11,957 nt of DNA from UHGV virus genome UHGV-0339357; one strand, 5' to 3'. A program made the position numbers and the translations under genes. The stretch comes from a virus. The notes beneath the pieces were generated by a model. That model did not search any database. It had not been told where the DNA came from and saw nothing but the letters and a program-made list of their open reading frames with translations. The first letter of the stretch is position 1, and each line of letters opens with the position of its first letter. This document shows, piece by piece, positions 1 through 11,844 of this stretch.

Positions 1-2
1 CA

Positions 3-1203
<1,201 letters not shown>

Positions 1204-1207
<4 letters not shown>

Positions 1208-1440
1208 TTATTTTTCTCAACCAATGATTGAATATAATCATGTAGGTCTTTAGATGCTTTACCCCACTTATTTTGGTATTCATTTTTGAGATTAGCGCGT
1301 GATTGAGCTAATAAAACATCATTAGTTGGAGGTAAAGATTCTAATCGTTGAATCTGTCGTCCATAAATCATTGCAGCCATCTCGGATTCATAAATTAATC
1401 CTTTGAGATGTTCAAATTGATACCAAGAAATCATTTGCAT
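1204..1440 (-). CDS. Hypothetical protein, 78 aa (alternative start at 1434 gives 76 aa)
   Basis: Minus-strand ORF; AAGAGGA Shine-Dalgarno 4 nt upstream of ATG at 1440; a second in-frame ATG at 1434 overlaps the upstream ORF stop as ATGA. Confidence 0.55.
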
Positions 1441-1730
1441 TTATCCTCTTTTAAATCTGCACGATAATAACATATCATAGTTTTCTGGTCATGTACATAT
1501 CGTTTTACATCATTAAGCCAAATACGAAATTCCTGAGAATCTTCAAATGGCATACCTACCCAAGCTTTACCATCAATAACTTTAACTTGCCAAGATAGTT
1601 TAGCTTCGTCATATGACTTTATTTGCACAGGCCAATTAGGATGAACTGTTTCTTTCTTTACTTCTAGAGGCTTTGTCGAACAACCAACTAGAAGACCAAT
1701 AGATAATATTACTGCAGATAATTTAATCAT
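1431..1730 (-). CDS. Predicted outer-membrane lipoprotein, probable o-spanin (Rz1 equivalent), 99 aa
   Basis: N-terminal lipoprotein signal MIKLSAVILSIGLLVG|C with lipobox LVGC; lies immediately downstream of a type-II membrane protein ORF; position matches the T4 pseT.2 o-spanin as I recall it. Confidence 0.65.
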   Translation of the reverse strand: MIKLSAVILSIGLLVGCSTKPLEVKKETVHPNWPVQIKSYDEAKLSWQVKVIDGKAWVGMPFEDSQEFRIWLNDVKRYVHDQKTMICYYRADLKEDKCK

Positions 1731-2080
1731 TTAGAAAGGTCCTGGATGTCTTCTGCGAACTTGTTGAAGGAGTTGTTGATTTGTTTTTCAACCAATCCTG
1801 GCTTACGAGCCACCACATCCGCCTTCTTTGCATCTTTGCGCAGTTTTTCATTTTCACGCTCAATAGCAGCAATCGCCTCACGATTTTTATTATTCATCGC
1901 ATCAATATAATTATACTGAATTCGCAAATTATTTAATGCTAAGGCGTTTTCATTGGCCGTTTTTGTAATTTCTGCAACAGACGTTTCTAATCTTTCTACC
2001 TTATTTTTTAAAATAATAGATGTTCCGCCAAATGCTATTACAAGTAATAGCAATCCAGCTGTAAAATTACTTACATGCAT
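1727..2080 (-). CDS. Predicted inner-membrane protein with periplasmic coiled coil, probable i-spanin (Rz equivalent), 117 aa
   Basis: N-terminal hydrophobic helix AGLLLLVIAFGGTSIIL followed by a charged, heptad-like, coiled-coil-prone region; directly upstream of the lipoprotein ORF with ATGA overlap; position matches T4 pseT.3. Confidence 0.6.
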   Translation of the reverse strand: MHVSNFTAGLLLLVIAFGGTSIILKNKVERLETSVAEITKTANENALALNNLRIQYNYIDAMNNKNREAIAAIERENEKLRKDAKKADVVARKPGLVEKQINNSFNKFAEDIQDLSK

Positions 2081-2574
2081 AAAGTTTTAATAACCTCTAT
2101 AATATCGTCTTGAGAAAGACCGTTAATTAAAATATGATGTTCAGCCGGAGATTTAGAAATTTTAAAGCACGCCGCAACATCTTCTGCCATATCCGATGCG
2201 CTACGATTTGGATTACTAATTCCAAGACGATGCTTTCCTGTCAAAGGATTAACGATGATATAGCATTTGCAGCTATTGATATGAACATTAGGTTGAGTCT
2301 GATTAATAAACACTTCACAATCATACTTAGCGAGTTGATTTTCTAAAAAGACTTTCATCTCCTCAACCGCATCAGGAAGCATATCACGGGCTTGCTCAAG
2401 ACGACGATTTCGATATTCTTTAATGGTCGTTTTCCGCTTGACTTGCTTAGCTAAATCTTTCTTAAGATCGGTGATATATCCAACTCGACGATTTCCTTTA
2501 AATACAGAAATCCCATCTGTAGTATCACCGTATGCTTCAACGACCATCTCAGTAGTAATAAGCTGCAAATCCAT
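2071..2574 (-). CDS. alc: Alc protein (blocks transcription elongation on cytosine-containing DNA), 167 aa
   Basis: Position between rnlA and the spanin pair as in T4; translation from MDLQLITTEM matches my recollection of T4 Alc; GAGGGG Shine-Dalgarno 7 nt upstream of ATG at 2574. The ORF-track start at 2589 is too close to the SD to be used. Confidence 0.75.
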   Translation of the reverse strand: MDLQLITTEMVVEAYGDTTDGISVFKGNRRVGYITDLKKDLAKQVKRKTTIKEYRNRRLEQARDMLPDAVEEMKVFLENQLAKYDCEVFINQTQPNVHINSCKCYIIVNPLTGKHRLGISNPNRSASDMAEDVAACFKISKSPAEHHILINGLSQDDIIEVIKTLCM

Positions 2575-2606
2575 CATAAAGCCCCTCATGTTATGTCAGT
2601 AAGATT

Positions 2607-2636
2607 ATTATAACACAGCATAAGGGACTTGTAAAC
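2607..2636 (-). promoter_or_regulatory. Candidate T4-type early (sigma70) promoter upstream of alc
   Basis: Minus strand reads GTTTAC - 18 nt - TATAAT (with TGTG immediately upstream of the -10), the T4 early promoter pattern; lies in the rnlA-alc gap. Confidence 0.5.
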
Positions 2637-2639
2637 AGC

Positions 2640-4227
<1,588 letters not shown>

Positions 4228-4254
4228 AATAAAATGGGCCTTGCGGCCCACTCC
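4228..4254 (-). promoter_or_regulatory. Shine-Dalgarno + GC hairpin (GNRA loop) + U-run immediately upstream of the denA start
   Basis: Minus strand reads TAAGGAG-TGGGCC-GCAA-GGCCCA-TTTTATT-ATG. The 6-bp GC stem with GCAA tetraloop lies between AAGGAG and the denA ATG and is followed by a U-rich run; the nrdB stop TAA overlaps the SD. Confidence 0.5.
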
Positions 4255-5433
4255 TTAAAAATATTTTTTAAAACTCATCATAACTTTATCATCAACATCA
4301 TTATCAATCTGTGCTACAAGGTAAGATGACAGTTCTACTTCTTGCGGCGCGGATTGAACATTATCAGAATTAAGGTATTCACGAATCCAAGGATACGGAT
4401 GTTTAACCGGAGCATCGGTAATCGGGCATGGAAGACCACACTGTTTCATACGAGATACGGTTAAGTAATCAATAAAGCTCCACATGCTATTTGTATTTAA
4501 TCCAGGAACATCGCCATCTTTAAATAAATGAACTGCCCAATCTTTTTCTTGGCGGTTAACTTCCATGAAAATATCAACTGCTTCTTGTTCACACTCTTTG
4601 GCAATTTTAACCCATTCATCACCATCAGTACCGGATTGAAGTTGACGAATAATATATTGTGTACCTTTAAGATGAAGCTGCTCATCACGTGCAATAAATT
4701 TCATAATCTTCGCATTACCTTCCATGATTTCCATGTTCTTATGGAAGTTGAAAGTACATGCAAAGGATACATAAAAACGAATAGCTTCCAGAGCATTGAT
4801 AACGTGCAGACAGAGATAAAGCGACTTCATCAGGTCTCGTTTACATTCTTCCAAATGAGTGAGACTGTTTGAATATGCTTCTAAATCATATTCATTTTCA
4901 GCAAAATAACTAAAGTTTTCTTTGGCGTTTTCCCAAATACGTGTCTTGTCCAGAACATCATCATAATAACGACCAATAGATTCAGCACGTTTCATGATAG
5001 CTTTATCTAATACAATCTCATCAAATACCTTTGACGGATCAGTATAAAGATTTCGCATAATATGAGTGTATGAACGACTGTGAATAGTTTCACTAAAAGT
5101 CCATGTAGCAACCCATGTATCAAGGCTTGGGTCTGAAATCAATGACATAAGTACAGCAGACGGTGCACGACCCTGAATGCTATCCAGAAGTGATTGATAC
5201 TTCAGATTATTAGTAAAAATATTCTGCTGATATTGAGGAAGCTTATTAAACTGTGCAGCATCCATCATTAAGTTTACTTCTTCAGGACGCCAGAAAAATG
5301 ACAACTGCTTTTCGGTTAAATCTTCAAAAACTTTATGACGTTGAATATCATAACGCGCAATACCAAGACCTGAACCAAAAAACATAGGTTCTTTTAAAAC
5401 ATCAACTGGATTTGTATTAAAAACTGTGCTCAT
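4255..5433 (-). CDS. nrdB: Ribonucleotide reductase class Ia small (beta) subunit, 392 aa, uninterrupted
   Basis: Di-iron / tyrosyl-radical protein signatures (SRSYTHI, RDEQLH-type carboxylate-His motif); strong similarity to T4 NrdB as recalled; continuous ORF with no intron-like gap. Confidence 0.9.
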   Translation of the reverse strand: MSTVFNTNPVDVLKEPMFFGSGLGIARYDIQRHKVFEDLTEKQLSFFWRPEEVNLMMDAAQFNKLPQYQQNIFTNNLKYQSLLDSIQGRAPSAVLMSLISDPSLDTWVATWTFSETIHSRSYTHIMRNLYTDPSKVFDEIVLDKAIMKRAESIGRYYDDVLDKTRIWENAKENFSYFAENEYDLEAYSNSLTHLEECKRDLMKSLYLCLHVINALEAIRFYVSFACTFNFHKNMEIMEGNAKIMKFIARDEQLHLKGTQYIIRQLQSGTDGDEWVKIAKECEQEAVDIFMEVNRQEKDWAVHLFKDGDVPGLNTNSMWSFIDYLTVSRMKQCGLPCPITDAPVKHPYPWIREYLNSDNVQSAPQEVELSSYLVAQIDNDVDDKVMMSFKKYF

Positions 5434-5484
5434 AAATTTTCCGCTTAGTTAATAGTTGGTGACTCGTCCGTGAGTCAAATTATA

Positions 5485-7749
5485 TCATAATTTACAGGAT
5501 GAACAATCTTCAGCTTTTGGAGTTTCTATTTCATAATCATCAGTACCAGAACCGTCACGGGTATTATGATAATAGAAATTTTTTCCGCCAAAATACCAGA
5601 AATACAAAAGGTCATCAATCATTATTGACATTGGAACCTTGCCTTTAGGGAAGATTTGGGGGTCATAGTATGTATTCGCCGAAGCTGATTGACAAACCCA
5701 TTTCAGCATAATAGCTACCTGCGTAAGATAAGGTTTATTACCTTTCTTAGCTAATTTCCATGTATAATCATAAAGGTCTATGTTATGCTCAATATTGGGC
5801 ACGACTTGATTAAAGGAGCCCTCTTTTGATTCTTTAACAGAGACTGGTCCACGTGGAGGCTCGATACCGTTTGTACTGTTAGAAACTTGGGAAGATGACT
5901 CACATGGCATAAGTGCTGATAATGTGCTATTACGGATGCCAAAGAGCTTAAGGTCTTCCCGCAGCGACGACCAGTCACAAACGTATTTTGGAGCTGCGAT
6001 TTGGTCAATCTTTTTATTGTACCAGTCGATAGGTAATTCGCCTCGAGACCAACGAGTGTCTGAATAATATTCGCAAGGTCCTTTTTCTTTGGCGAGCTTA
6101 ATGGATGCTTTAATGAGTCCATACTGTAATCTCTCAAATAGTTCATGTGTTAAATCGTTAGCATCTTCATAAGAAGCAAAGTTACTTGCCAGCCAAGCTG
6201 CATAGTTGGTAACACCTACGCCAAGATTTCGACGCTTTTTAGCTTTTTCTGCTTCAGGAACCGGATATCCTTGGTAATCCAAAAGATTATCAAGAGCACG
6301 AACTTGAACTTCTGCCAATTCATTAATTTTATCTTGGTCTTGCCAGTCAAAATTATCTAATACGAATGCAGAGAGAGTACACAATCCAATTTCAGCATCA
6401 GGACTATTCACATCATTTGTTGGAATAGCAATTTCACAGCACAAGTTACTCTGACGAATAGGTGCCTTTTCACGAATAAACGGAGTATAGTTATTCGTAT
6501 TATCAATGAACTGTACATAAATCCTTGCTGTTCCTGAACGTTCAGTCATGAGCAATTCAAATAGTTCACGGGCTTTAATACGCTTTTTACGAATATTAGG
6601 GTCTTTTTCTGCTGCTTCGTATAATTCACGGAAACGGTCTTGGTCTTTAAAATAAGAATAATAAAGCTCTCCACCCATTTCATGCGGACTGAACAAAGTA
6701 ATGTAATCGTTCTTTCCGAATCGTTCCATCATCAAATCATTCAGCTGAACACCATAATCCATATGACGAATGCGGTTTTCTTCTACGCCTTTGTTATTTT
6801 TCAAAACGAGAAGATTTTCAACTTCCAAATGCCAAATAGGATAATAAGCAGTAGCAGCGCCGCCACGAATTCCACCCTGTGAACATGATTTAACAGCAGT
6901 CTGAAAATGTTTCCAAAAAGGAATAACACCAGTATGGCGTACTTCACCCATGCCAATCTTAGAACCTTCGGCACGAATCATACCAACGTTAATACCAATT
7001 CCAGCGCGTTTAGAGATATATTCAACAATCGAAGCGGAAGCCTTATTGATAGACTTCAATGAATCTCCTGCCTCAATAACAACGCATGAACTGAACTGTC
7101 GAGTCGGAGTACGGCAACCAGCCATAATAGGAGTTGGCAGTGAAATCTGTCGAGTAGATACTGCTTCATAAAAACGAATAACATGTTTTAATCTATCAAC
7201 AGGTTCATCTTGATGCAATGCCATTCCAATAGTCATAAATGCAAACTGTGGAGTTTCATAAATTTGACCAGTGGTTTTATCTTTAACTAGATATTTTTCT
7301 TTTAATTGCATCGCCCCGGAATAAGTAAATTCCATATCCCGTTCGTGCTTAATTTTTGATTCTAAAAATGTAATTTCTTCTGCTGAATATTTTGACAATA
7401 ATTCGGGGTCATATTTACCTTCATTTACACAGTAAGAAATATGGTCAATAAATGAACGTGGTTCATATTGCCCGTAAACATGCTTACGAAGAGCAAACAT
7501 TAAACAGCGTGCAGCTACGTATTGATAATCAGGCTCTTCAACTGAAATAGAATTCGCAGCAGCCTTAATGACAATAGTCTGAATGTCATCAGTGGTCATT
7601 CCATCACGGAGATATGATTTAATATTTTCATATAATTCATAAGGATCTACAGATGTTCCTTCAGCTGCCCAAGATAAAACTTTAATAATTTTTTGTGGAT
7701 CAAAGCTCTGAGAAACACCACTACTTTTGATAACATTAATTAATTGCAT
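5485..7749 (-). CDS. nrdA: Ribonucleotide reductase class Ia large (alpha) subunit, 754 aa
   Basis: Catalytic NLCCEI motif and C-terminal cysteine pair (CSSCKL) in the translation; 754 aa as in T4 NrdA; GAGGA Shine-Dalgarno 5 nt upstream of ATG at 7749. Confidence 0.9.
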   Translation of the reverse strand: MQLINVIKSSGVSQSFDPQKIIKVLSWAAEGTSVDPYELYENIKSYLRDGMTTDDIQTIVIKAAANSISVEEPDYQYVAARCLMFALRKHVYGQYEPRSFIDHISYCVNEGKYDPELLSKYSAEEITFLESKIKHERDMEFTYSGAMQLKEKYLVKDKTTGQIYETPQFAFMTIGMALHQDEPVDRLKHVIRFYEAVSTRQISLPTPIMAGCRTPTRQFSSCVVIEAGDSLKSINKASASIVEYISKRAGIGINVGMIRAEGSKIGMGEVRHTGVIPFWKHFQTAVKSCSQGGIRGGAATAYYPIWHLEVENLLVLKNNKGVEENRIRHMDYGVQLNDLMMERFGKNDYITLFSPHEMGGELYYSYFKDQDRFRELYEAAEKDPNIRKKRIKARELFELLMTERSGTARIYVQFIDNTNNYTPFIREKAPIRQSNLCCEIAIPTNDVNSPDAEIGLCTLSAFVLDNFDWQDQDKINELAEVQVRALDNLLDYQGYPVPEAEKAKKRRNLGVGVTNYAAWLASNFASYEDANDLTHELFERLQYGLIKASIKLAKEKGPCEYYSDTRWSRGELPIDWYNKKIDQIAAPKYVCDWSSLREDLKLFGIRNSTLSALMPCESSSQVSNSTNGIEPPRGPVSVKESKEGSFNQVVPNIEHNIDLYDYTWKLAKKGNKPYLTQVAIMLKWVCQSASANTYYDPQIFPKGKVPMSIMIDDLLYFWYFGGKNFYYHNTRDGSGTDDYEIETPKAEDCSSCKL

Positions 7750-8066
7750 AAGTCCTCAACTTGAAAATCGTCTTTAAACAATCGGTTAACTATATGAGCT
7801 ATTATATCACCATGACACGGCTTTGGTTTACATGTGCATCCTAGCCTCATTCCACGTAAAGGCTCTAAATGTGCTTTAGTTATTTCTCCGGATTTAATTC
7901 GACGTATAAAATCTTTTTTGAATAATTCAATGGCAGCCTCCCGGCTGCCAGCATCTTTACCGACGTAATTTCCCCAAAATGTACCACGGTGAATATTAAC
8001 ATCAAAGTCGGATTTATATTTATTCACTACCTGGCATAGACGGCCCGCGCGGTGATAATTCGTCAT
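7740..8066 (-). CDS. Hypothetical protein, 108 aa, with Cys/His-rich C-terminal motif (position of T4 nrdA.1)
   Basis: Minus-strand ORF with ATG start; contains [12 protein letters not shown]; its stop overlaps the nrdA start region; its first 47 nt overlap the upstream ORF. Confidence 0.55.
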   Translation of the reverse strand: MTNYHRAGRLCQVVNKYKSDFDVNIHRGTFWGNYVGKDAGSREAAIELFKKDFIRRIKSGEITKAHLEPLRGMRLGCTCKPKPCHGDIIAHIVNRLFKDDFQVEDLCN

Positions 8067-8283
8067 ATTGTTTTTCCGTTAAAACAGTAATATCATAATA
8101 ACAGTCAGAAGAAATTTTAATGGTGGAAACTTTATTATCAAAATACTCACGGGTCATTTTATGAGTATAATATTTTTTACCATAAATGATAATAGGCTGA
8201 TTTGGTCCTGGAACTTCTAACTCGCTTGGGTTAGGAAGTGTAAAAAGAACAACGTCAGAAGTATCTTTAAATCGTAAAATCAT
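8020..8283 (-). CDS. Hypothetical protein, 87 aa (position of T4 nrdA.2)
   Basis: ORF-track start is TTG at 8295; an internal ATG at 8283 (MILRFKD...) has a GAGGA Shine-Dalgarno at the right spacing, 20 nt downstream of the td stop. Confidence 0.55.
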   Translation of the reverse strand: MILRFKDTSDVVLFTLPNPSELEVPGPNQPIIIYGKKYYTHKMTREYFDNKVSTIKISSDCYYDITVLTEKQYDELSPRGPSMPGSE

Positions 8284-8303
8284 AAATCCTCGCAATAATA
8301 AAA

Positions 8304-9163
8304 TTATACCGCCATCTTTCCTTTAATTAGCGGGTGAGATACATAGTCGTTAAGAACAAAATTATGCGGCTTTGCGAATTGACTCAACCAAAATACCTGT
8401 GATTCTGTGTCCCATTCATCAAATTCATCTGGGAATTTTAATTGTAATTCGCATAAATCCATAGGTTCACGACGCAAAATTTCTTTACATTGTTCTACGT
8501 GATTCATATAGATATGAGTATTACCGCCAGAAAATATCAAATCTCCCGGAATATGATTACATATCTTAGCTACAATATGAACTAACGCAGCATATGATGC
8601 AATATTAAATGGAAGACCGAGGAAAACATCTACTGATCGTTGATACCACTGAAGGTCAAGGTATCCATTACGAACATTAAATTGATAGAACATATGACAA
8701 GGTGGTAATGCCATCTGCTTGAGTTCAGCTGGATTCCATGCTGAAACAATTTGACGCCTATCATTTGGCAGTTTTTTAATACGATCAATAACTTCTATAA
8801 TTTGGTCTACACCACCAAAATCACGCCACTGTTTTCCATAAATTGGACCAAGTTCACCGCTATGGTATCCTAAATCTTTTGCTTGATTTTCGTAATTTTC
8901 ATCCCAAACTGTTTTGCCTTGGATTAACGAATCATGTTGAATTAATCGCAAATCATTGACATTTGTGCTTCCCGATAAAAACCATATTAGCTCAGCAATG
9001 CAAGCTTTCCAGGCGAGCTTCTTAGTTGTTACTGCAGGAAAACCTTTAGTTAAATCCCAGCGTAATTTAGTACCGAACAAAGCAATTGTTCCTGTGCCTG
9101 TTCGGTCATCGGTTTTGTAGCCATTTTCCAGGATATCTTTAATTAAAAATTGGTATTGTTTCA

Positions 9164-9164
<1 letters not shown>
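8304..9164 (-). CDS. td: Thymidylate synthase, 286 aa, uninterrupted (no intron)
   Basis: Catalytic-cysteine motif [11 protein letters not shown] plus other ThyA-conserved blocks; 286 aa from MKQYQ; N-terminal two-thirds match my recollection of T4 TS while the C-terminal quarter differs; start ATG overlaps the upstream ORF stop (TAATG). Confidence 0.9.
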
Positions 9165-10189
<1,025 letters not shown>

Positions 10190-10193
<4 letters not shown>

Positions 10194-10549
10194 ATTACCT
10201 CCCACTGAAAGGGGCCAGAAGCAAATCCGCTATCTTTAATCATTTTAACTAAAGTTACCATTCCTCTGTTAACTGCTTGTGCGATTTCATCAAAAACTTC
10301 ATCACTATCATCGTAAAGGTCATTAAAAAGTTCTAATACATTCTTCTGAACTTTTAATTTACAGCCAACAAATTCGCCTACAGTAAATTCGTTTCCGCCA
10401 AATCCAGCGTAAAATGTAATTACACCTGTTAACTGTCTTTCACTAGAACATAGGTCGTGTGATAAATTAATATAAGCCGTCCCAGGTGCAGTTTTAAGTT
10501 GGCAACGAATACTTACTCGAGCAATTCCAGCTACACGAATGTCAGACAT
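10190..10549 (-). CDS. Hypothetical protein, 119 aa
   Basis: ATG start at 10549 preceded by a GAGGAAAA Shine-Dalgarno; the upstream ORF stop lies inside this SD region; uninterrupted ORF. Confidence 0.55.
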
Positions 10550-10559
10550 ATTATTTTCC

Positions 10560-10802
10560 TCAAACAGACTTTTTCACAATTTTCCAATCAGCTTTAAACT
10601 GCTCGACGTCAGAATGGTAAATCCAAAATCCTGCGCTTTCTCCATCCTCATAAAGAGGGCATCCATCACATTCATCTTCCCACCCCATATCGCGTAAAAG
10701 GTGTTCAGCTTTTTCAACAAGTTCAGAATCTTTACCGATGATATTAAAATACCATTTACCTCTAACTTCTGAATCTTTGATACTCTGACGTTGTAATCTC
10801 AT
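10560..10802 (-). CDS. Hypothetical protein, 80 aa
   Basis: ATG start at 10802 preceded by an AAGGAG Shine-Dalgarno at 7-nt spacing; uninterrupted ORF. Confidence 0.55.
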   Translation of the reverse strand: MRLQRQSIKDSEVRGKWYFNIIGKDSELVEKAEHLLRDMGWEDECDGCPLYEDGESAGFWIYHSDVEQFKADWKIVKKSV

Positions 10803-10812
10803 TTTATTCTCC

Positions 10813-10881
10813 TTAGCAAGCTTTAATCAAAAGATATAAACAGACCAACATAACTGCTGCCATAATATAAGGTGCGAACAT
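10813..10881 (-). CDS. Candidate small hydrophobic peptide, 22 aa (MFAPYIMAAVMLVCLYLLIKAC)
   Basis: Not in the ORF track (too short). ATG at 10881 with a GGAG Shine-Dalgarno 8 nt upstream; single predicted transmembrane-like segment; its stop TAA is embedded in the SD of the downstream 80-aa ORF; lies just downstream of a candidate early promoter. Confidence 0.35.
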   Translation of the reverse strand: MFAPYIMAAVMLVCLYLLIKAC

Positions 10882-10911
10882 TTTCTTTTCTCCATTAGTT
10901 TTGATAGGGTA

Positions 10912-10941
10912 ATAGTATCACACTACTACCCTGATGTAAAC
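10912..10941 (-). promoter_or_regulatory. Candidate T4-type early promoter
   Basis: Minus strand reads GTTTAC - 16/17 nt - GATACTAT (imperfect -10 with TG upstream), preceded by an A/T-rich stretch; located in the gap between the 128-aa ORF and the small peptide / 80-aa ORF. Confidence 0.4.
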
Positions 10942-11327
10942 TACTTTTTGAAAGTTTTTCGCAAAAGTTCAATGATTTCATCTACATTGTTTTCGTCAAC
11001 AATGCAGTGAATTTTTGTTACGCCAGAAACCTTGTCTTTGACTTCATCCTCTTCAGAAGTCGGTTCTTTATATTCGAGGAAACAATAAAACTCTTCTTCA
11101 CTAAGTTCAAAATAATCATCACCCATACCATCATCATTATAGATTTCACCATTAGCACAAATGATTTCGGTTACATAATCAAAGCCATCTAAACTTGATA
11201 TTGATTTAACTTCAAACCAACCGCCATTTTCTTGAATGATGCCGACCATACTAGCATTTGATGAACTAATATCAATGAAAGATTTAATACGATGTGGATT
11301 TAACTCGTATTTTTTGCCGATTTCCAT
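10941..11327 (-). CDS. Hypothetical acidic protein, 128 aa
   Basis: ORF-track start at 11342 lacks a Shine-Dalgarno; the second ATG at 11327 (MEIGKKY...) is preceded by GAGGAAAA at the correct spacing. Confidence 0.55.
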   Translation of the reverse strand: MEIGKKYELNPHRIKSFIDISSSNASMVGIIQENGGWFEVKSISSLDGFDYVTEIICANGEIYNDDGMGDDYFELSEEEFYCFLEYKEPTSEEDEVKDKVSGVTKIHCIVDENNVDEIIELLRKTFKK

Positions 11328-11372
11328 TTTGATTTTCCTCATTTTAATAGGAGCTTAATAGCCCCTTGATAA

Positions 11373-11576
11373 TTATTGTTCAATCAGTCCCATGTAAAAT
11401 TCTACGTCTTCAGCATCCATACCATCGCAGTATTCATTAGCCATAAACCGCTCAAGAACTTCTAAAGGACCTTCAATAACGATTTGAATACTCCAAAACT
11501 TAGAATCTTGTACACTTGTGATACTAAGTTCAGGATAACGATTACGAATAATTTCTTCAATTACAACTATCGGCAA
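11373..11576 (-). CDS. Questionable ORF, 67 aa, with no ATG start (TTG only) and no Shine-Dalgarno
   Basis: The ORF track initiates at TTG; the only in-frame ATG would give a 23-aa product; no purine-rich RBS upstream. Kept as low-confidence. Confidence 0.25.
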   Translation of the reverse strand: MPIVVIEEIIRNRYPELSITSVQDSKFWSIQIVIEGPLEVLERFMANEYCDGMDAEDVEFYMGLIEQ

Positions 11577-11605
11577 TACTGCTGATAATTAAAGAGGAAA
11601 ATAAT

Positions 11606-11716
11606 ATGGCTAAAGTTGATATTGACATCGTTGATTTTGAATATATTGAAGAAATTATTAGTTGTATAGTACCATGGAAGGACAAGGATGTAAACCGTTT
11701 TATGAAAAATTTTTGA
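11606..11716 (+). CDS. Candidate small plus-strand ORF, 36 aa (MAKVDIDIVDFEYIEEIISCIVPWKDKDVNRFMKNF)
   Basis: Strong Shine-Dalgarno AAAGAGGAAA with 8-nt spacing to ATG at 11606; stop TGA at 11714-11716 abuts the GC hairpin; opposite in orientation to all neighbouring genes. Confidence 0.35.
   Translation: MAKVDIDIVDFEYIEEIISCIVPWKDKDVNRFMKNF
11666..11695 (-). promoter_or_regulatory. Candidate early promoter downstream of the gene 32 terminator
   Basis: Minus strand reads GTTTAC - 18 nt - TACTAT, preceded by an A/T-rich tract immediately after the terminator; the -10 is imperfect. Confidence 0.3.
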
Positions 11717-11744
11717 AATAAAAAAGGGGACCTCTAGGGTCCCC
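11716..11744 (-). terminator. Rho-independent terminator downstream of gene 32
   Basis: Minus strand reads GGGGACCCTAGAGGTCCCC (7-8 bp GC-rich stem, short loop) followed by TTTTTTATTT, 22 nt after the gene 32 stop codon. Confidence 0.75.
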
Positions 11745-11766
11745 AATTAATTAGTAATATAATCTA

Positions 11767-11844
11767 TTAAAGGTCATTCAAAAGGTCATCCAGGTCTGTG
11801 TCATCAGCACTAGATGAACTGCCAGAGCTTGAGCTCATAAAATC
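11767..11844 (-). CDS. 32: 3'-terminal fragment of gene 32 (ssDNA-binding protein), last 25 codons plus stop; upstream part not contiguous on this strand
   Basis: Minus-strand translation [25 protein letters not shown], the acidic C-terminal tail of T4 gp32; the reading frame stays open upstream of 11845 but no longer encodes gp32-like sequence. Confidence 0.75.

Noticed and set aside
2134-2346. 70-aa plus-strand ORF
   Set aside because: Antisense to alc; no RBS; unlikely to be coding.
4249-4251. GTG start for denA proposed by the ORF track (144 aa)
   Set aside because: The GTG lies inside the AAGGAG Shine-Dalgarno / hairpin; the ATG at 4227 gives the 136-aa product matching T4 EndoII.
4497-4872. 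65-aa minus-strand and 114-aa plus-strand ORFs inside nrdB
   Set aside because: Nested in or antisense to nrdB, which has strong motif support; no independent signals.
5461-5476. Short hairpin (GACTC...GAGTC) in the nrdA-nrdB intergenic region
   Set aside because: Only a 5-bp stem with no following U-run; insufficient to call a terminator or regulatory structure.
5778-6146. 122-aa minus-strand ORF nested in nrdA (alternate frame), plus plus-strand ORFs at 6640-6882 and 6950-7171
   Set aside because: Inside the nrdA coding region; no start context; nrdA frame is strongly supported by catalytic motifs.
7474-7479. GTTTAC (-35-like) on the minus strand within nrdA
   Set aside because: No -10 element at appropriate spacing; inside the coding region.
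11007-11192. 61-aa plus-strand ORF
   Set aside because: Antisense to the 128-aa acidic ORF; isoleucine/phenylalanine-rich low-complexity translation typical of the reverse strand of AT-rich genes.
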